From assembly GCA_021496925.1 (NCBI GenBank), contig CP053915.1, positions 2,537,260-2,601,259 of the forward strand: a stretch of 64,000 nucleotides of DNA. The letters are read 5' to 3'. Every line of letters begins with the position of its first letter. The stretch's first letter is position 1. The DNA comes from Acidovorax sp. YS12 (GTDB lineage: Bacteria > Pseudomonadota > Gammaproteobacteria > Burkholderiales > Burkholderiaceae_C). This document shows, one piece after another, positions 9,035 to 18,503 of this stretch. The notes under the pieces are model-generated. The model was given only the letters and a program-made list of their open reading frames with translations, was not told the origin of the DNA and did no database searches. The position numbers and the translations under genes are program-made.

Positions 9035-10659
9035 ACATCAAACGCTTCCACGCCGCCACCTCGCGTGAGGCCCTGGCCAAGGCCCGCATGGCCTTCGGCG
9101 ACGGCACCTTGATCCTGTCCAACCGCGCCACCGCCAACGGCGTGGAGGTCGTGGCCACCGCCGAGGACACGCTGCACGCGCTCGACCAGGACAGCGCCCC
9201 CTCCGCACGGCCCGCGCTGCAGTCCATGCAGCCCAGCGAAGAACCGCGCCGCGCCGCGCCCGCGCCGAGCGCGCGGCCCGCCCCCGCGCCCACCCCTGCG
9301 CCCGCGCGCCGCAGCGTCGAGGCCGACACCGAACAGCTGGCCATGAGCACCCTGTCGTTCCAGGACTACGTACGCGAACGCATGCTGCGCCGCCGCCACG
9401 AGGCCATGCACGGCGCCCCCCCGGCCGCGAAGGCCGAGCCCGCCATGCCGGAACGCCTGCCCACCTTCGCCGAGCGCGCGCGCGACTCCCAGCCCGAACA
9501 CACGCGCGGCTTCACGCCCGAGCCGCAGCCGCGTGCGCGCGAGTTCGCGCCCGAGCGCCCGAGCGCGCGCGAGCCCGAATTCATCGCCCGCGAGCCCCAG
9601 CGAGCCCCAGCGCCCGTGCATGAACCGCGCCCCGCGCCCGCCGCGCCGGTGGTGGCGCGCCACAATCCGCTGCGCAGCATTCCGATGGACCTGCCCGAGG
9701 AGCCGCGCCGCCGCGCCGAGCCCGCCATCAGCCAGCAAGGGCTGATGAACGAGCTGCAGGCCATGAAGGAGCTGATCGAGGACCGCTTCAACACCCTGTC
9801 CTGGCTGGGCCAGGCGCGGCAGGACCCGATCCAGTCGAACCTGATGCTCAAGCTGATCCGCGCGGGCTACTCCCCGGCGCTGTCGCGCGCCATCCTGGAG
9901 CGCCTGCCTGAAGACCTTTCCGCCGCCGACGCCGTGCGCTGGCTCATGGAAGTGCTGGAGCGCAACCTCAAGACCGACGCACGCATGGAGCCGCTGTACG
10001 AGGAAGGCGGCATCTTCGCCCTGGTCGGCGCCACGGGCGTGGGCAAGACCACCACCACGGCCAAGCTCGCCGCGATGTGCGCGCGCCAGTACGGCCCGGG
10101 CAGCGTCGGCCTGATCACGCTCGACACCTACCGCGTGGGCGCGCACGAGCAGTTGCGCAGCTTCGGTCGCATGCTCGGCGTGGTGGCCCACCTGGCGCAC
10201 GACCGCGCCGCGCTGCAGGACCTGCTGGGCCTGCTGGTGGGCAAGAAGATGGTGCTGATCGACACCACCGGCGTGGCCCCGCGCGACCCGCGCAAGCGCG
10301 AGATGGAAGAAGTGCTCGACCTGCCCGGCGTGCAGCGCCTGCTGGTGCTGAACGCCGGCTGCCACGGCGATACGCTGGACGACGTGCTCGACGCCTTCAA
10401 GACCAGCGGCGCGCCGCAGCAAGCCATCCTCTCGAAAATCGACGAGGCCGTGAAGCTTGGCCCCGCCATGGACGCGCTGATCCGCCACCAGACGCTGCTG
10501 CGCGGCGTGACCAACGGCCAGCGCGTGCCCGAAGACTGGGAAGCCGCCAACGCGCACCAGCTCATCCAGCAGTCCATGCGCGCGCCGGCCAAGTCGGCGT
10601 TCGACCCCAAGGCCATGGAACTGAACTTCTTCTTCTCGCCCGGGCCGCAGCATGCTTGA
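9031..10659 (+). CDS. flhF: Flagellar SRP-type GTPase FlhF with long Pro/Ala-rich N-terminal linker
   Basis: P-loop 'GATGVGKTTTTAKLAA', 'DTYRVGA', 'LIDTTG'. Residues ~50-230 are low complexity and include a 10-nt tandem duplication. Confidence 0.85.
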   Translation: MNIKRFHAATSREALAKARMAFGDGTLILSNRATANGVEVVATAEDTLHALDQDSAPSARPALQSMQPSEEPRRAAPAPSARPAPAPTPAPARRSVEADTEQLAMSTLSFQDYVRERMLRRRHEAMHGAPPAAKAEPAMPERLPTFAERARDSQPEHTRGFTPEPQPRAREFAPERPSAREPEFIAREPQRAPAPVHEPRPAPAAPVVARHNPLRSIPMDLPEEPRRRAEPAISQQGLMNELQAMKELIEDRFNTLSWLGQARQDPIQSNLMLKLIRAGYSPALSRAILERLPEDLSAADAVRWLMEVLERNLKTDARMEPLYEEGGIFALVGATGVGKTTTTAKLAAMCARQYGPGSVGLITLDTYRVGAHEQLRSFGRMLGVVAHLAHDRAALQDLLGLLVGKKMVLIDTTGVAPRDPRKREMEEVLDLPGVQRLLVLNAGCHGDTLDDVLDAFKTSGAPQQAILSKIDEAVKLGPAMDALIRHQTLLRGVTNGQRVPEDWEAANAHQLIQQSMRAPAKSAFDPKAMELNFFFSPGPQHA

Positions 10660-11425
10660 ACGCGGCATGCACCAGGGCATGGGCCTGCTGCACCGCGCCC
10701 CGGCCGAGGCACTGCGCTTCGCCGCCGTCGGCAGCGCGCCGGATGCGCTCGGCCTGCAGGTGCTGTGGCAGCTGTGCGAACAGTTGCAGCGCCTGGGCTA
10801 CCCGACCATCGTGCTCGATGGCTGCGCCGTGGAAAGCCCGCACGCCCCCGGCCTGGAACAACTGCTGGAGCAGGACGGCTGGAGCGCCCCCCCCAGCCCC
10901 CTGCACGGCGACAGCGCCTGCGTAGCCGTGCTGCCCGCTGCCCGCGGCCTGTTGCGCCTGCCGGACGCCGCACCCCTAGCGCCGCTGCACCCCTTGTTCC
11001 GCGCCTACGCACTGGTGCTGCTGCACGCCCCCGTGCACCAGCTGGCGCAGCTGCTGCCGCACGCCAGCGTGCCGCTGATCCTGACCGCGCCCGGCACCAC
11101 GGGCACACAGCAGGCCTACCGCCACATCAAGCAGCTGGCGGTGCAGGCCGGCCTGGGCAGCCAGGTGTGCGCCCTGGTGCGCGGCGACGGCCCGGCGCAG
11201 CAGCGCCAGGCGCGCACGCAGATCGCCACGCTGCAGCGCTGCGCGGCCGACTACCTCGGCTTGGCGCAGCAGGGGCTGGTGGTGGACGCGGATAATCCCC
11301 AGGATCTGCAGCGCATGGCCTTGCAACTGCTGGAGAACGCGGGCACCATCGACGAAACGGTGGCCATGCCGCCGCTGTATGCCAGTCTTGCACCGGCCAC
11401 CGCACCCTTCGTCCGGAGCCACTGA
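10652..11425 (+). CDS. flhG: FlhG/FleN (MinD-family) homolog lacking the Walker A P-loop (degenerate)
   Basis: Sits at the flhG position. Alignable to FleN ('LILTAPGTTGTQQAYRHIKQL' vs 'LLVVCDEPTSITDAYALIKLL'), but the P-loop GGKGGVGKT is replaced by 'VGSAPDALGL'. Confidence 0.6.
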   Translation: MLERGMHQGMGLLHRAPAEALRFAAVGSAPDALGLQVLWQLCEQLQRLGYPTIVLDGCAVESPHAPGLEQLLEQDGWSAPPSPLHGDSACVAVLPAARGLLRLPDAAPLAPLHPLFRAYALVLLHAPVHQLAQLLPHASVPLILTAPGTTGTQQAYRHIKQLAVQAGLGSQVCALVRGDGPAQQRQARTQIATLQRCAADYLGLAQQGLVVDADNPQDLQRMALQLLENAGTIDETVAMPPLYASLAPATAPFVRSH

Positions 11426-11428
11426 CTC

Positions 11429-12145
11429 GTGATGTACACCGCCAAAGGCCAGCTCGACCGCGATGCCCTGCTGCGCCAGCATGTACCGCTGGTGCGGCGC
11501 ATTGCGCACCACATGATCGCCAAGCTGCCGCCCAACGTGGAGCTCGACGATCTGATCCAGGTCGGCATGATCGGCCTGGCCGAGGCGCTGTCGCGCTACG
11601 AGGCGGCGCAGGGCGTGCAGTTCGAAACCTTCGCCACCCAGCGCATCCGCGGCGCCATGCTCGACGAGCTGCGCGACAGCGACTGGATGAGCCGCAGCTC
11701 GCGCAAGAGCCAGAAGGACATCGAGCAGGCGCTGCACCGCGTCGAGCAGCGGCTCGGGCGCAGCCCGCTGGAATCCGAGATCGCCGCCGAGCTGGGCATG
11801 AGCCTGGAGGACTACCAGAGCCTGCTGGGCAAGGTGCGCGGCACCCAGCTTGTCTACCTCGAAGACATGCACCATGACGATGGCGACGAGGGCTTTCTCG
11901 ACCGCCACGTGGCCGACGCAGGCGCCGACCCGCTGGCTATGCTGCGCGACCAGCGCCTGCGCGACGCGCTGGTGCGTGCCATCCAGGCCCTGCCCGAGCG
12001 CGAGCAGCACATCATGGGCATGTACTACGAGCACGACATGAACCTGAAAGAGATCGCCGCCGTGCTCGGCGTGACCGAATCGCGCGTGTGCCAGCTGCAC
12101 AGCCAGGCCGTCGCCCGCCTGCGCACCAAGATGCGGGCGCATTGA
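11429..12145 (+). CDS. fliA: Flagellar sigma factor sigma-28 (FliA)
   Basis: 238 aa; sigma-70 regions 2 and 4 ('ELDDLIQVGMIGLAEA', 'LKEIAAVLGVTESRVCQLH'). Confidence 0.9.
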   Translation: MMYTAKGQLDRDALLRQHVPLVRRIAHHMIAKLPPNVELDDLIQVGMIGLAEALSRYEAAQGVQFETFATQRIRGAMLDELRDSDWMSRSSRKSQKDIEQALHRVEQRLGRSPLESEIAAELGMSLEDYQSLLGKVRGTQLVYLEDMHHDDGDEGFLDRHVADAGADPLAMLRDQRLRDALVRAIQALPEREQHIMGMYYEHDMNLKEIAAVLGVTESRVCQLHSQAVARLRTKMRAH

Positions 12146-12314
12146 GAGAACACCCCCCTGAGCCGCTGCGCGGCTTCCCCCCGCTCTCGCCACGCTGCGC
12201 GTGGCGGGCAGGGGGACGACGCCAGCGCGGCGGGGCGGCCCTTGCGCGGCGTCTGCTGGCCCAAGGCTGCGCCAGTTGCATAGACTGCGCTCCGAACTAA
12301 GCCGAATACAAGGG

Positions 12315-12362
12315 AAAATCGCTCTAGCGCTTATGTAGCAAGCGCTGGAAGCTATGTTTTTG
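12315..12362. repeat. REP-like palindromic element (CTAGCGCTT-N-AAGCGCTGGAAGCTAT)
   Basis: Member of the AGCGCTTG-core repeat family, in the fliA/flgN convergent spacer. Confidence 0.5.
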
Positions 12363-12369
12363 GGAGCAA

Positions 12370-12717
12370 TCAGCCGGCTGCGCGGTAGATGCGCGCGGCG
12401 CTGCCCTTGGGGCTGCCGTAGGTGGAAGGCTCGACCGGGGGCAGTACGGTGGCGGCCTGGCGGTCGGCCAGCGCGGCCACGCGCGCCAACTGGTCGCGCA
12501 CCAGGGCCAGGCGCGTGCCCAGGGCCTGGATGCGCTGCACGCTCGCGGCGTCGATGGCCTGCGTGCCCTGGCGCTGGACCAGCTGTGCCAGCGCGGCGGC
12601 GGCGTCACGCAGCAAGCCGCTGCACTGCTCCAGCTTCACGGGGTCGGCCGCCAGCAGGGCGTCGGAAGCGGCCTGTACTTTTTCTTCGGCACCGGCGAGG
12701 ATGGCTTGCAAGGTCAT
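12370..12717 (-). CDS. flgN: FlgN-family flagellar chaperone (putative)
   Basis: 115-aa helical protein immediately downstream of flgM; the assignment rests on position only. Confidence 0.55.
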   Translation of the reverse strand: MTLQAILAGAEEKVQAASDALLAADPVKLEQCSGLLRDAAAALAQLVQRQGTQAIDAASVQRIQALGTRLALVRDQLARVAALADRQAATVLPPVEPSTYGSPKGSAARIYRAAG

Positions 12718-12784
12718 CGCGGTGCCTGCTCAGGAGAGGGAGAGGAGAAGGGGGAAAGAACCGGGGAGGAGAAAGCGGGCGCTC

Positions 12785-13111
12785 TCAGTTGTGCACGCGC
12801 GCGAACACTTCCTGGGCGTTGGCCAGCATCTTGTCGGCAATGGCTTCGGCATTGACCTTGAACGTGCCGTTCTGGATGGCCTCGCGCATGGCCTTGACCT
12901 TGTTGGCGTCGAAGTCGCCCTGGGTGCGGCTGGCGGAGTCGAGGCTGCGCGTCGCGTTCGAGAACGTGACCGGCGCACCGCTGCTCGTTGCCACGGTGCT
13001 TTGGGCAACGGCTTGCGCCGCAGGCGCGGCGGCCTTGGCCTGCTGCTTGGCAGGCTGCGACAGCGCATTGGCGATTTCCGGGTGCTGACCTATCTTCATG
13101 GTTCTCTCCAT
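12785..13111 (-). CDS. flgM: Anti-sigma-28 factor FlgM
   Basis: 108 aa; C-terminal 'FDANKVKAMREAIQNGTFKVNAEAIADKML' matches the FlgM sigma-28-binding region. Confidence 0.8.
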   Translation of the reverse strand: MERTMKIGQHPEIANALSQPAKQQAKAAAPAAQAVAQSTVATSSGAPVTFSNATRSLDSASRTQGDFDANKVKAMREAIQNGTFKVNAEAIADKMLANAQEVFARVHN

Positions 13112-13142
13112 CGCCTCCAGTGGACAGGAGGCTGCGTGTCCA

Positions 13143-13170
13143 TGTTTTCGGCGGCTCGTTCCCAGACTTT
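13143..13170 (-). promoter_or_regulatory. Candidate sigma-28 (FliA) promoter for flgMN
   Basis: Minus strand reads TAAAGTCT-N11-GCCGAAAA; consensus is TAAAGTTT-N11-GCCGATAA. Lies 30-60 nt upstream of the flgM start. Confidence 0.4.
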
Positions 13171-13197
13171 AGGTTTTTCTGGAACTTTTTTTGCCGT

Positions 13198-13947
13198 TCA
13201 CAGCGCCACTTCCACGGCGCCATCCTCGGACACGGTGCCGCTGATGATACGGCCGTTGTCCATGCGCACGCGCACCGCCTGGCCCGCGGCCCCGGAGCTC
13301 AGCGCCTGCCCTGCGGACGTGATGACATAGCCCGCGCCCTGCGCCACCACACGCACCTGGGCGCCAGCGCGGAACAGCTCGGGCGGACGCACCATCGACT
13401 GGCGCAGCGCCTGGCCCGCCAGCAGCTGGCGCGATGCCACCTGCCCGACCCAGGACTCCTGGTTCGCCAGGACCGCGGCGCTTTCAGCCGCCCAGTCCAC
13501 CTCGTCCTGCACGGCGTCGGCGGCCGTCAGCACCTTGCCGGAGGGCACGTTGCCCGCCAGCACCCAGGCGGGGCCCCAGGCCTTGATGGTCACGGGCAGG
13601 AAGACGTTCCACTGCACCTGGCCTTCGACGCAGCGCAGCCCCAGGCGCGTGCGCCCCCACAGGCGCGACCCGGCGGGCAGGTAGGGTTCGACGCGCGCGC
13701 ACGGCGCCAGGCGCAGGCGCGGATCGAGCGAGCCCACCGCCACTTCCATGCGCAGCGCCGATCCGCCCGCCTGCGCGCGCTGCAGCGCGTCGTCGAGCCA
13801 GCGCTGCGTCATCGGGCCGATGCCGGCCAGCGCATCGCCCGGCATGGGCGCCGGTACTTGTGCGAAGGCGCCCAGGGCCACACCCAGCGCCATGCCGGGC
13901 AGCGCGCGGCGCAGCCAGGTCCAAGGTGAAGAAAGAGTGGAAGTCAT
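13198..13947 (-). CDS. flgA: Flagellar P-ring assembly chaperone FlgA
   Basis: 249 aa with signal peptide; SAF/FlgA domain; divergent from flgB. Confidence 0.85.
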   Translation of the reverse strand: MTSTLSSPWTWLRRALPGMALGVALGAFAQVPAPMPGDALAGIGPMTQRWLDDALQRAQAGGSALRMEVAVGSLDPRLRLAPCARVEPYLPAGSRLWGRTRLGLRCVEGQVQWNVFLPVTIKAWGPAWVLAGNVPSGKVLTAADAVQDEVDWAAESAAVLANQESWVGQVASRQLLAGQALRQSMVRPPELFRAGAQVRVVAQGAGYVITSAGQALSSGAAGQAVRVRMDNGRIISGTVSEDGAVEVAL

Positions 13948-14125
13948 GAGCGCCTCCTGCAGCGCAGGGCCAATTCAACGCATGCACTGTAGGCCCGGCT
14001 GCCCGGCGGCCATGCCGGGAATTGCGCACCCAAACCCGGCTTCTTCGGGCTTTAGAAAACAGGGCGCATTTCCATAATCGCTGCACGACCCGAAGCCCCC
14101 CGGCATTTCCCCACCAGAGGCCCCC

Positions 14126-14551
14126 ATGCTCGACAAGATGACGCAACGGCTGGATTTCCACGGCAACGCGCTGATGCTGCGCGCCGAGCGCCAGCGCGTC
14201 ATCGCCAGCAACATCGCCAACGCCGACACCCCGGGCTACGTGGCGCGCGACTTCCAGTTCGCCGACGCCCTGCGCGCCGCCACGGATGGCGGCGCCGCGC
14301 TGGTGCAGCAGAAGCTGGGCACCGACGGCACCAGCCACGCGGGGCACATTCCGCTGCCCGCGGCGCGTACCGGCGAACAGCCCGGCGCCCTGGGCTACGC
14401 GGTGCAGACGCAGCCCAGCCTGGACAAGAACACCGTGGACATGGACCGCGAGCGCGCCAACTTCGTGGACAACGCCGTGCGCTACGAGGCCACGCTGCGC
14501 TTCATCAACGGCAACGCCAAGACCATGCTCAGCGCCATCCAGGGCCAGTAA
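14126..14551 (+). CDS. flgB: Flagellar proximal rod protein FlgB
   Basis: 'RQRVIASNIANADTPGY' rod N-terminal motif. Confidence 0.9.
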   Translation: MLDKMTQRLDFHGNALMLRAERQRVIASNIANADTPGYVARDFQFADALRAATDGGAALVQQKLGTDGTSHAGHIPLPAARTGEQPGALGYAVQTQPSLDKNTVDMDRERANFVDNAVRYEATLRFINGNAKTMLSAIQGQ

Positions 14552-14570
14552 GAGAAAGCGAGCCTTCGCC

Positions 14571-14975
14571 ATGTCGATGTTTTCCATCTTCAACGTCTCC
14601 GGCAGCGCCATCAGCGCCCAGTCGCAACGCCTGAACGTGGTGGCCAGCAACCTGGCCAACGTGGATGCCGTGGCCGGCCCCGACGGCCAGGCCTACAAGG
14701 CACGCCAGGTGGTGTTCCAGACCACGCCCATGGGCTCGGACGCCGCCGCCGGGGTGCGCGTGCGCAGCATCGAGGAAAGCCAGGTGCCGGGGCGGCGCGT
14801 GTTCGACCCCAGCCACCCTTCGGCCGACGGCGAGGGCTACGTCAACCATTCCAACGTGAACGCGGTGGAGGAGATGGTCAACATGATCTCGGCCTCGCGC
14901 TCCTACCAGAACAACGTCGAGGTCATGAACACGGCCAAGACGCTGCTGCTCAAAACCCTGCAGATGGGGCAATAA
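14571..14975 (+). CDS. flgC: Flagellar proximal rod protein FlgC
   Basis: 135 aa, colinear with E. coli FlgC. Start set at an internal ATG of the longer track ORF, with an RBS. Confidence 0.9.
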   Translation: MSMFSIFNVSGSAISAQSQRLNVVASNLANVDAVAGPDGQAYKARQVVFQTTPMGSDAAAGVRVRSIEESQVPGRRVFDPSHPSADGEGYVNHSNVNAVEEMVNMISASRSYQNNVEVMNTAKTLLLKTLQMGQ

Positions 14976-14978
14976 GCC

Positions 14979-15647
14979 ATGTTCATCACCCCCATCGACA
15001 CCAGCGCGCTCGACGCGGGCGCCGCCACCACGGCCACCAAGGGCAACTCGACGACGGATCCGAACGCGGCGCAGGACCGCTTCCTGAAGCTGCTCGTGGC
15101 GCAGCTCAACAACCAGGATCCGATGAACCCGATGGACAACGCCCAGATGACCTCGCAGATGGCGCAGATCAACACGGTGACGGGCATCCAGCAGCTCAAC
15201 CTGACCATGCAGAGCATGACCGAGCAGTTCGCTGCCATGCAGACGCTGCAGGGCACGATGATGATCGGCCGCTCCGTGCTGGCCGAAGGCAACAAGCTGG
15301 CCGTGGACGAAAAGGGCAGCGGCAAGGGCTATTTCGTGCTGGGCAACACGGCCACCTCGACCAAGATCGAGGTCCTCAGCCCCAGCGGCCAGGTGGTGGA
15401 CACGGTGGACCTGGGCGCGCAGGAAAAAGGCCGCCACGACTTCACCTGGGACACGAGCAAGTACACCGCCGGCGACCCGAGCACGCTGCGCTTTCGCGTG
15501 GTGGCCGCGAACAAGGACGGCGCGGTGGACAGCTCCACGCTCATGCAGTCGAAGGTAGTGGGCACGGGCTGGGACAACGGCTCGCTCACGCTGACGCTGG
15601 AAAACGGCGACACCATCCCCTACAGCCTGTTCCGCAACATCGTCTGA
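14979..15647 (+). CDS. flgD: Flagellar hook capping/assembly protein FlgD
   Basis: 'FLKLLVAQLNNQDPMNPMDNAQMTSQMAQ' FlgD N-terminal motif. Confidence 0.9.
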   Translation: MFITPIDTSALDAGAATTATKGNSTTDPNAAQDRFLKLLVAQLNNQDPMNPMDNAQMTSQMAQINTVTGIQQLNLTMQSMTEQFAAMQTLQGTMMIGRSVLAEGNKLAVDEKGSGKGYFVLGNTATSTKIEVLSPSGQVVDTVDLGAQEKGRHDFTWDTSKYTAGDPSTLRFRVVAANKDGAVDSSTLMQSKVVGTGWDNGSLTLTLENGDTIPYSLFRNIV

Positions 15648-15678
15648 GCGCGGCACACCCTCTTTCAAGGAGCAAACC

Positions 15679-16926
15679 ATGGGTTTTCAACAAGGTCTCT
15701 CGGGCCTGAACGCCGCCAGCAAGAACCTGGACGTGATCGGCCACAACATCGCCAACTCCGGCACGGTGGGCTTCAAGGCGTCGCGCACCGAGTTCGACGA
15801 AATGGTGGCCTCGGCCATCGGCTCGGCCAACGGCACCAACGGCGGCATCGGCGTGAGCGTGGGCGCCATCGCACAGCAGTTCACGCAGGGCAACATCTCC
15901 GTGACCGGCAACAACCTGGACGTGGCCATCAACGGCAACGGCTTCTTCCAGATCCAGCAGAACGACGGCACCATGGCCTACACGCGCGCCGGCAATTTCA
16001 AGCTCGACAAGGCCGGCAACGTCATCACCAACGCCGGCGGCAAGGTGATGGGCTACCCGGTCGACCCGGCCACGGGCAAGCCCACCGCCGGCTCGCCGCG
16101 GCCGCTGGTGTTCCCCACCGGCGCGCCGATCCCGGCCAAGCAGACCGAGAAGGCCAAGGTCACGTTCAACCTGGACGCGCGCGCCGTCGAGGCCGCCACC
16201 GCCACGCCGCCCACGCCGCGCGCCACCTACGGCACCTCGATCACCGTCTACGACAGCCAGGGCGTGCCCAACACCGTGAGCCTGTACTTCGAGAAAACGG
16301 CCAACCCCAACGAGTGGAGCGTGTACAACCAGCTGGACGACCCGACCGCGACGCCGCCCGTGGTGGCCACGCCGGTCGGCACCATCACCTTCGACGGCAA
16401 CGGCAAGATCACCAGCGGCTCCACCCTGACGCTGAACATCGCCACGGCGCCGGCCAACCCCAACAGCCCGACGCCAGGCCCCACTTTCCCGGTGGAGTTC
16501 GACTTCAGCGACTCGACCCAGTACGGCACCAAGTGGGCCGTTTCCGAGTCCACGCAGGACGGCTACACCGCCGGCCAGCTCACCGGCATCAACATCGGCA
16601 CCGACGGCACCATCCTGACGCGCTACTCGAACGGCGTGACGCGCCCCGAAGGCGTGGTGTCGCTGGCCACGTTCCGCAACACGCAGGGCCTGTCGGACAT
16701 CGGCAACAACCTCTGGGTGGAAACCTTCGAGTCGGGCCAGCCCACCGTCGGCCAGCCGACCAACGGCGCCTTCGGCCAGCTGCGCTCCGGCGCGCTGGAA
16801 GACTCGAACGTGGACCTGACGGCCGAGCTGGTGAACATGATGACCGCGCAGCGCGCCTACCAGGCCAACGCGCAGACCATCAAGACCCAGGACCAGATCA
16901 TGTCCACCCTGGTGAACCTGCGCTGA
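15679..16926 (+). CDS. flgE: Flagellar hook protein FlgE
   Basis: 415 aa; conserved rod/hook N-terminus 'GLSGLNAASKNLDVIGHNIANSGTVGFK' and C-terminus. Confidence 0.9.
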   Translation: MGFQQGLSGLNAASKNLDVIGHNIANSGTVGFKASRTEFDEMVASAIGSANGTNGGIGVSVGAIAQQFTQGNISVTGNNLDVAINGNGFFQIQQNDGTMAYTRAGNFKLDKAGNVITNAGGKVMGYPVDPATGKPTAGSPRPLVFPTGAPIPAKQTEKAKVTFNLDARAVEAATATPPTPRATYGTSITVYDSQGVPNTVSLYFEKTANPNEWSVYNQLDDPTATPPVVATPVGTITFDGNGKITSGSTLTLNIATAPANPNSPTPGPTFPVEFDFSDSTQYGTKWAVSESTQDGYTAGQLTGINIGTDGTILTRYSNGVTRPEGVVSLATFRNTQGLSDIGNNLWVETFESGQPTVGQPTNGAFGQLRSGALEDSNVDLTAELVNMMTAQRAYQANAQTIKTQDQIMSTLVNLR

Positions 16927-16951
16927 CGCGCGCTGAACCCGAGGCCACGCC

Positions 16952-17692
16952 ATGGACCGCATCATCTACACCTCCATGACCGGCGCCAGCGCCGCCGCGC
17001 ACCGGCAGGCGGTGCTGTCCAACAACCTGGCCAACGTCTCCACCAACGGCTTCCGCGCCGAGATGTCCACCTTCCGCTCCGTGCCCATGCAGGGCGACGG
17101 CGCGACCACCCGGGTGTTCGCGCTGGAGGCCACGTCGGGCCATGTGCAGACCCCCGGCCCGGTGCAGCGCACGGGCCGCAACCTGGACGCCATGGCCACG
17201 GGCAACGCCTGGTTCGCCGTGCAGGGCCTGGACGGCACCGAGGCCTACACGCGCGCGGGCTCGCTCCAGGTCACGCAGGCGGGCCAGCTGGTGACCAGCA
17301 CCGGGCTGCCCGTGCTGTCCGACGGCGGCGCGCCCATCGACGTGCCGCCCGGCGCCGAGATCACGCTCGGCGCCGACGGCACCATCACCGCCCAGACGGC
17401 GGGCCAGCCCCCGGCGCCGGTGGGCCGCATCAAGCTGGCCACGCCGGGCCTGGACGACCCGCTGCAGCGCGGCGACGACGGGCTGTTCCGCGCCGCCTCG
17501 GGCAATCCGCTGGCGCAGGACCCGAACGCCACGCTGCTGTCCGGCGCGCTGGAGGGCTCGAACGTCAACGCCGTCGAGTCCATGGTCGGCATGATCGCCG
17601 CCGCGCGCCAGTTCGAGCAGCAGATGCGCCTGCTGCAAACCGCCGAATCCAGCGACAAGAGCGCCGCCCAGCTGCTCAGCATCAACGGCTGA
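16952..17692 (+). CDS. flgF: Flagellar proximal rod protein FlgF
   Basis: 246 aa; rod family. Confidence 0.9.
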   Translation: MDRIIYTSMTGASAAAHRQAVLSNNLANVSTNGFRAEMSTFRSVPMQGDGATTRVFALEATSGHVQTPGPVQRTGRNLDAMATGNAWFAVQGLDGTEAYTRAGSLQVTQAGQLVTSTGLPVLSDGGAPIDVPPGAEITLGADGTITAQTAGQPPAPVGRIKLATPGLDDPLQRGDDGLFRAASGNPLAQDPNATLLSGALEGSNVNAVESMVGMIAAARQFEQQMRLLQTAESSDKSAAQLLSING

Positions 17693-17712
17693 CGCGGCCG
17701 AAGGAGAACACC

Positions 17713-18495
17713 ATGATCAATTCCCTGTGGATCGCCAAGACCGGCATGACCGCCCAGCAGACCCAGCTGGACGTGATCTCGCACAACCTCGCCAACGTCT
17801 CGACCAACGGCTTCAAGCGCAACAACGCCGTGTTCGAGGACCTGATCTACCAGAACCTGCGCCAGGTCGGCTCGCAGACCACCGAGCAGAACCAACTGCC
17901 CACCGGCCTGCACCTGGGCCTGGGCGTGCGCACGGTGGCCACCAGCCGCACCTTCACCCAGGGCAGCCTGCAGCAGTCGAACAACAGCCTGGACGTGGCC
18001 ATCAACGGCAACGGTTTCTTCGAGGTCAACCTGCCCGACGGCACCATCGGCTACACGCGCGACGGCTCGTTCCAGGTCGATGCGCAGGGGCGCCTGGTCA
18101 CCTCCAGCGGCCTGCCGGTGGCCAACGGCATCACCATCCCGGCCAACGCCACCAAGGTCAGCATCAGCGCCGACGGCGTGGTGTCGGCCACCGTGCCCGG
18201 CAACGCCCAGCCGCAGCAGGTGGGCAACCTGGCCATGTCCACCTTCATCAACGCCGCCGGGCTGGAGCCCGTGGGGCAGAACATGTACAAGGAATCGGCC
18301 GCCTCCGGCCAGCCGCAGCAGGGCACGCCGGGCACCAACGGCCTGGGCTACATCAAGCAGGGTTTCCTGGAGGCATCGAACGTCAACGTGGTGGAGGAGC
18401 TGGTCAGCATGATCCAGACCCAGCGCGCCTACGAGATGAACTCCAAGGCCATCTCGACCAGCGACCAGATGCTGGCCAAGCTCTCCCAGCTGTGA
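17713..18495 (+). CDS. flgG: Flagellar distal rod protein FlgG
   Basis: 260 aa; highly conserved FlgG. Confidence 0.92.
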   Translation: MINSLWIAKTGMTAQQTQLDVISHNLANVSTNGFKRNNAVFEDLIYQNLRQVGSQTTEQNQLPTGLHLGLGVRTVATSRTFTQGSLQQSNNSLDVAINGNGFFEVNLPDGTIGYTRDGSFQVDAQGRLVTSSGLPVANGITIPANATKVSISADGVVSATVPGNAQPQQVGNLAMSTFINAAGLEPVGQNMYKESAASGQPQQGTPGTNGLGYIKQGFLEASNVNVVEELVSMIQTQRAYEMNSKAISTSDQMLAKLSQL

Positions 18496-18503
18496 GGTTC
18501 GCC

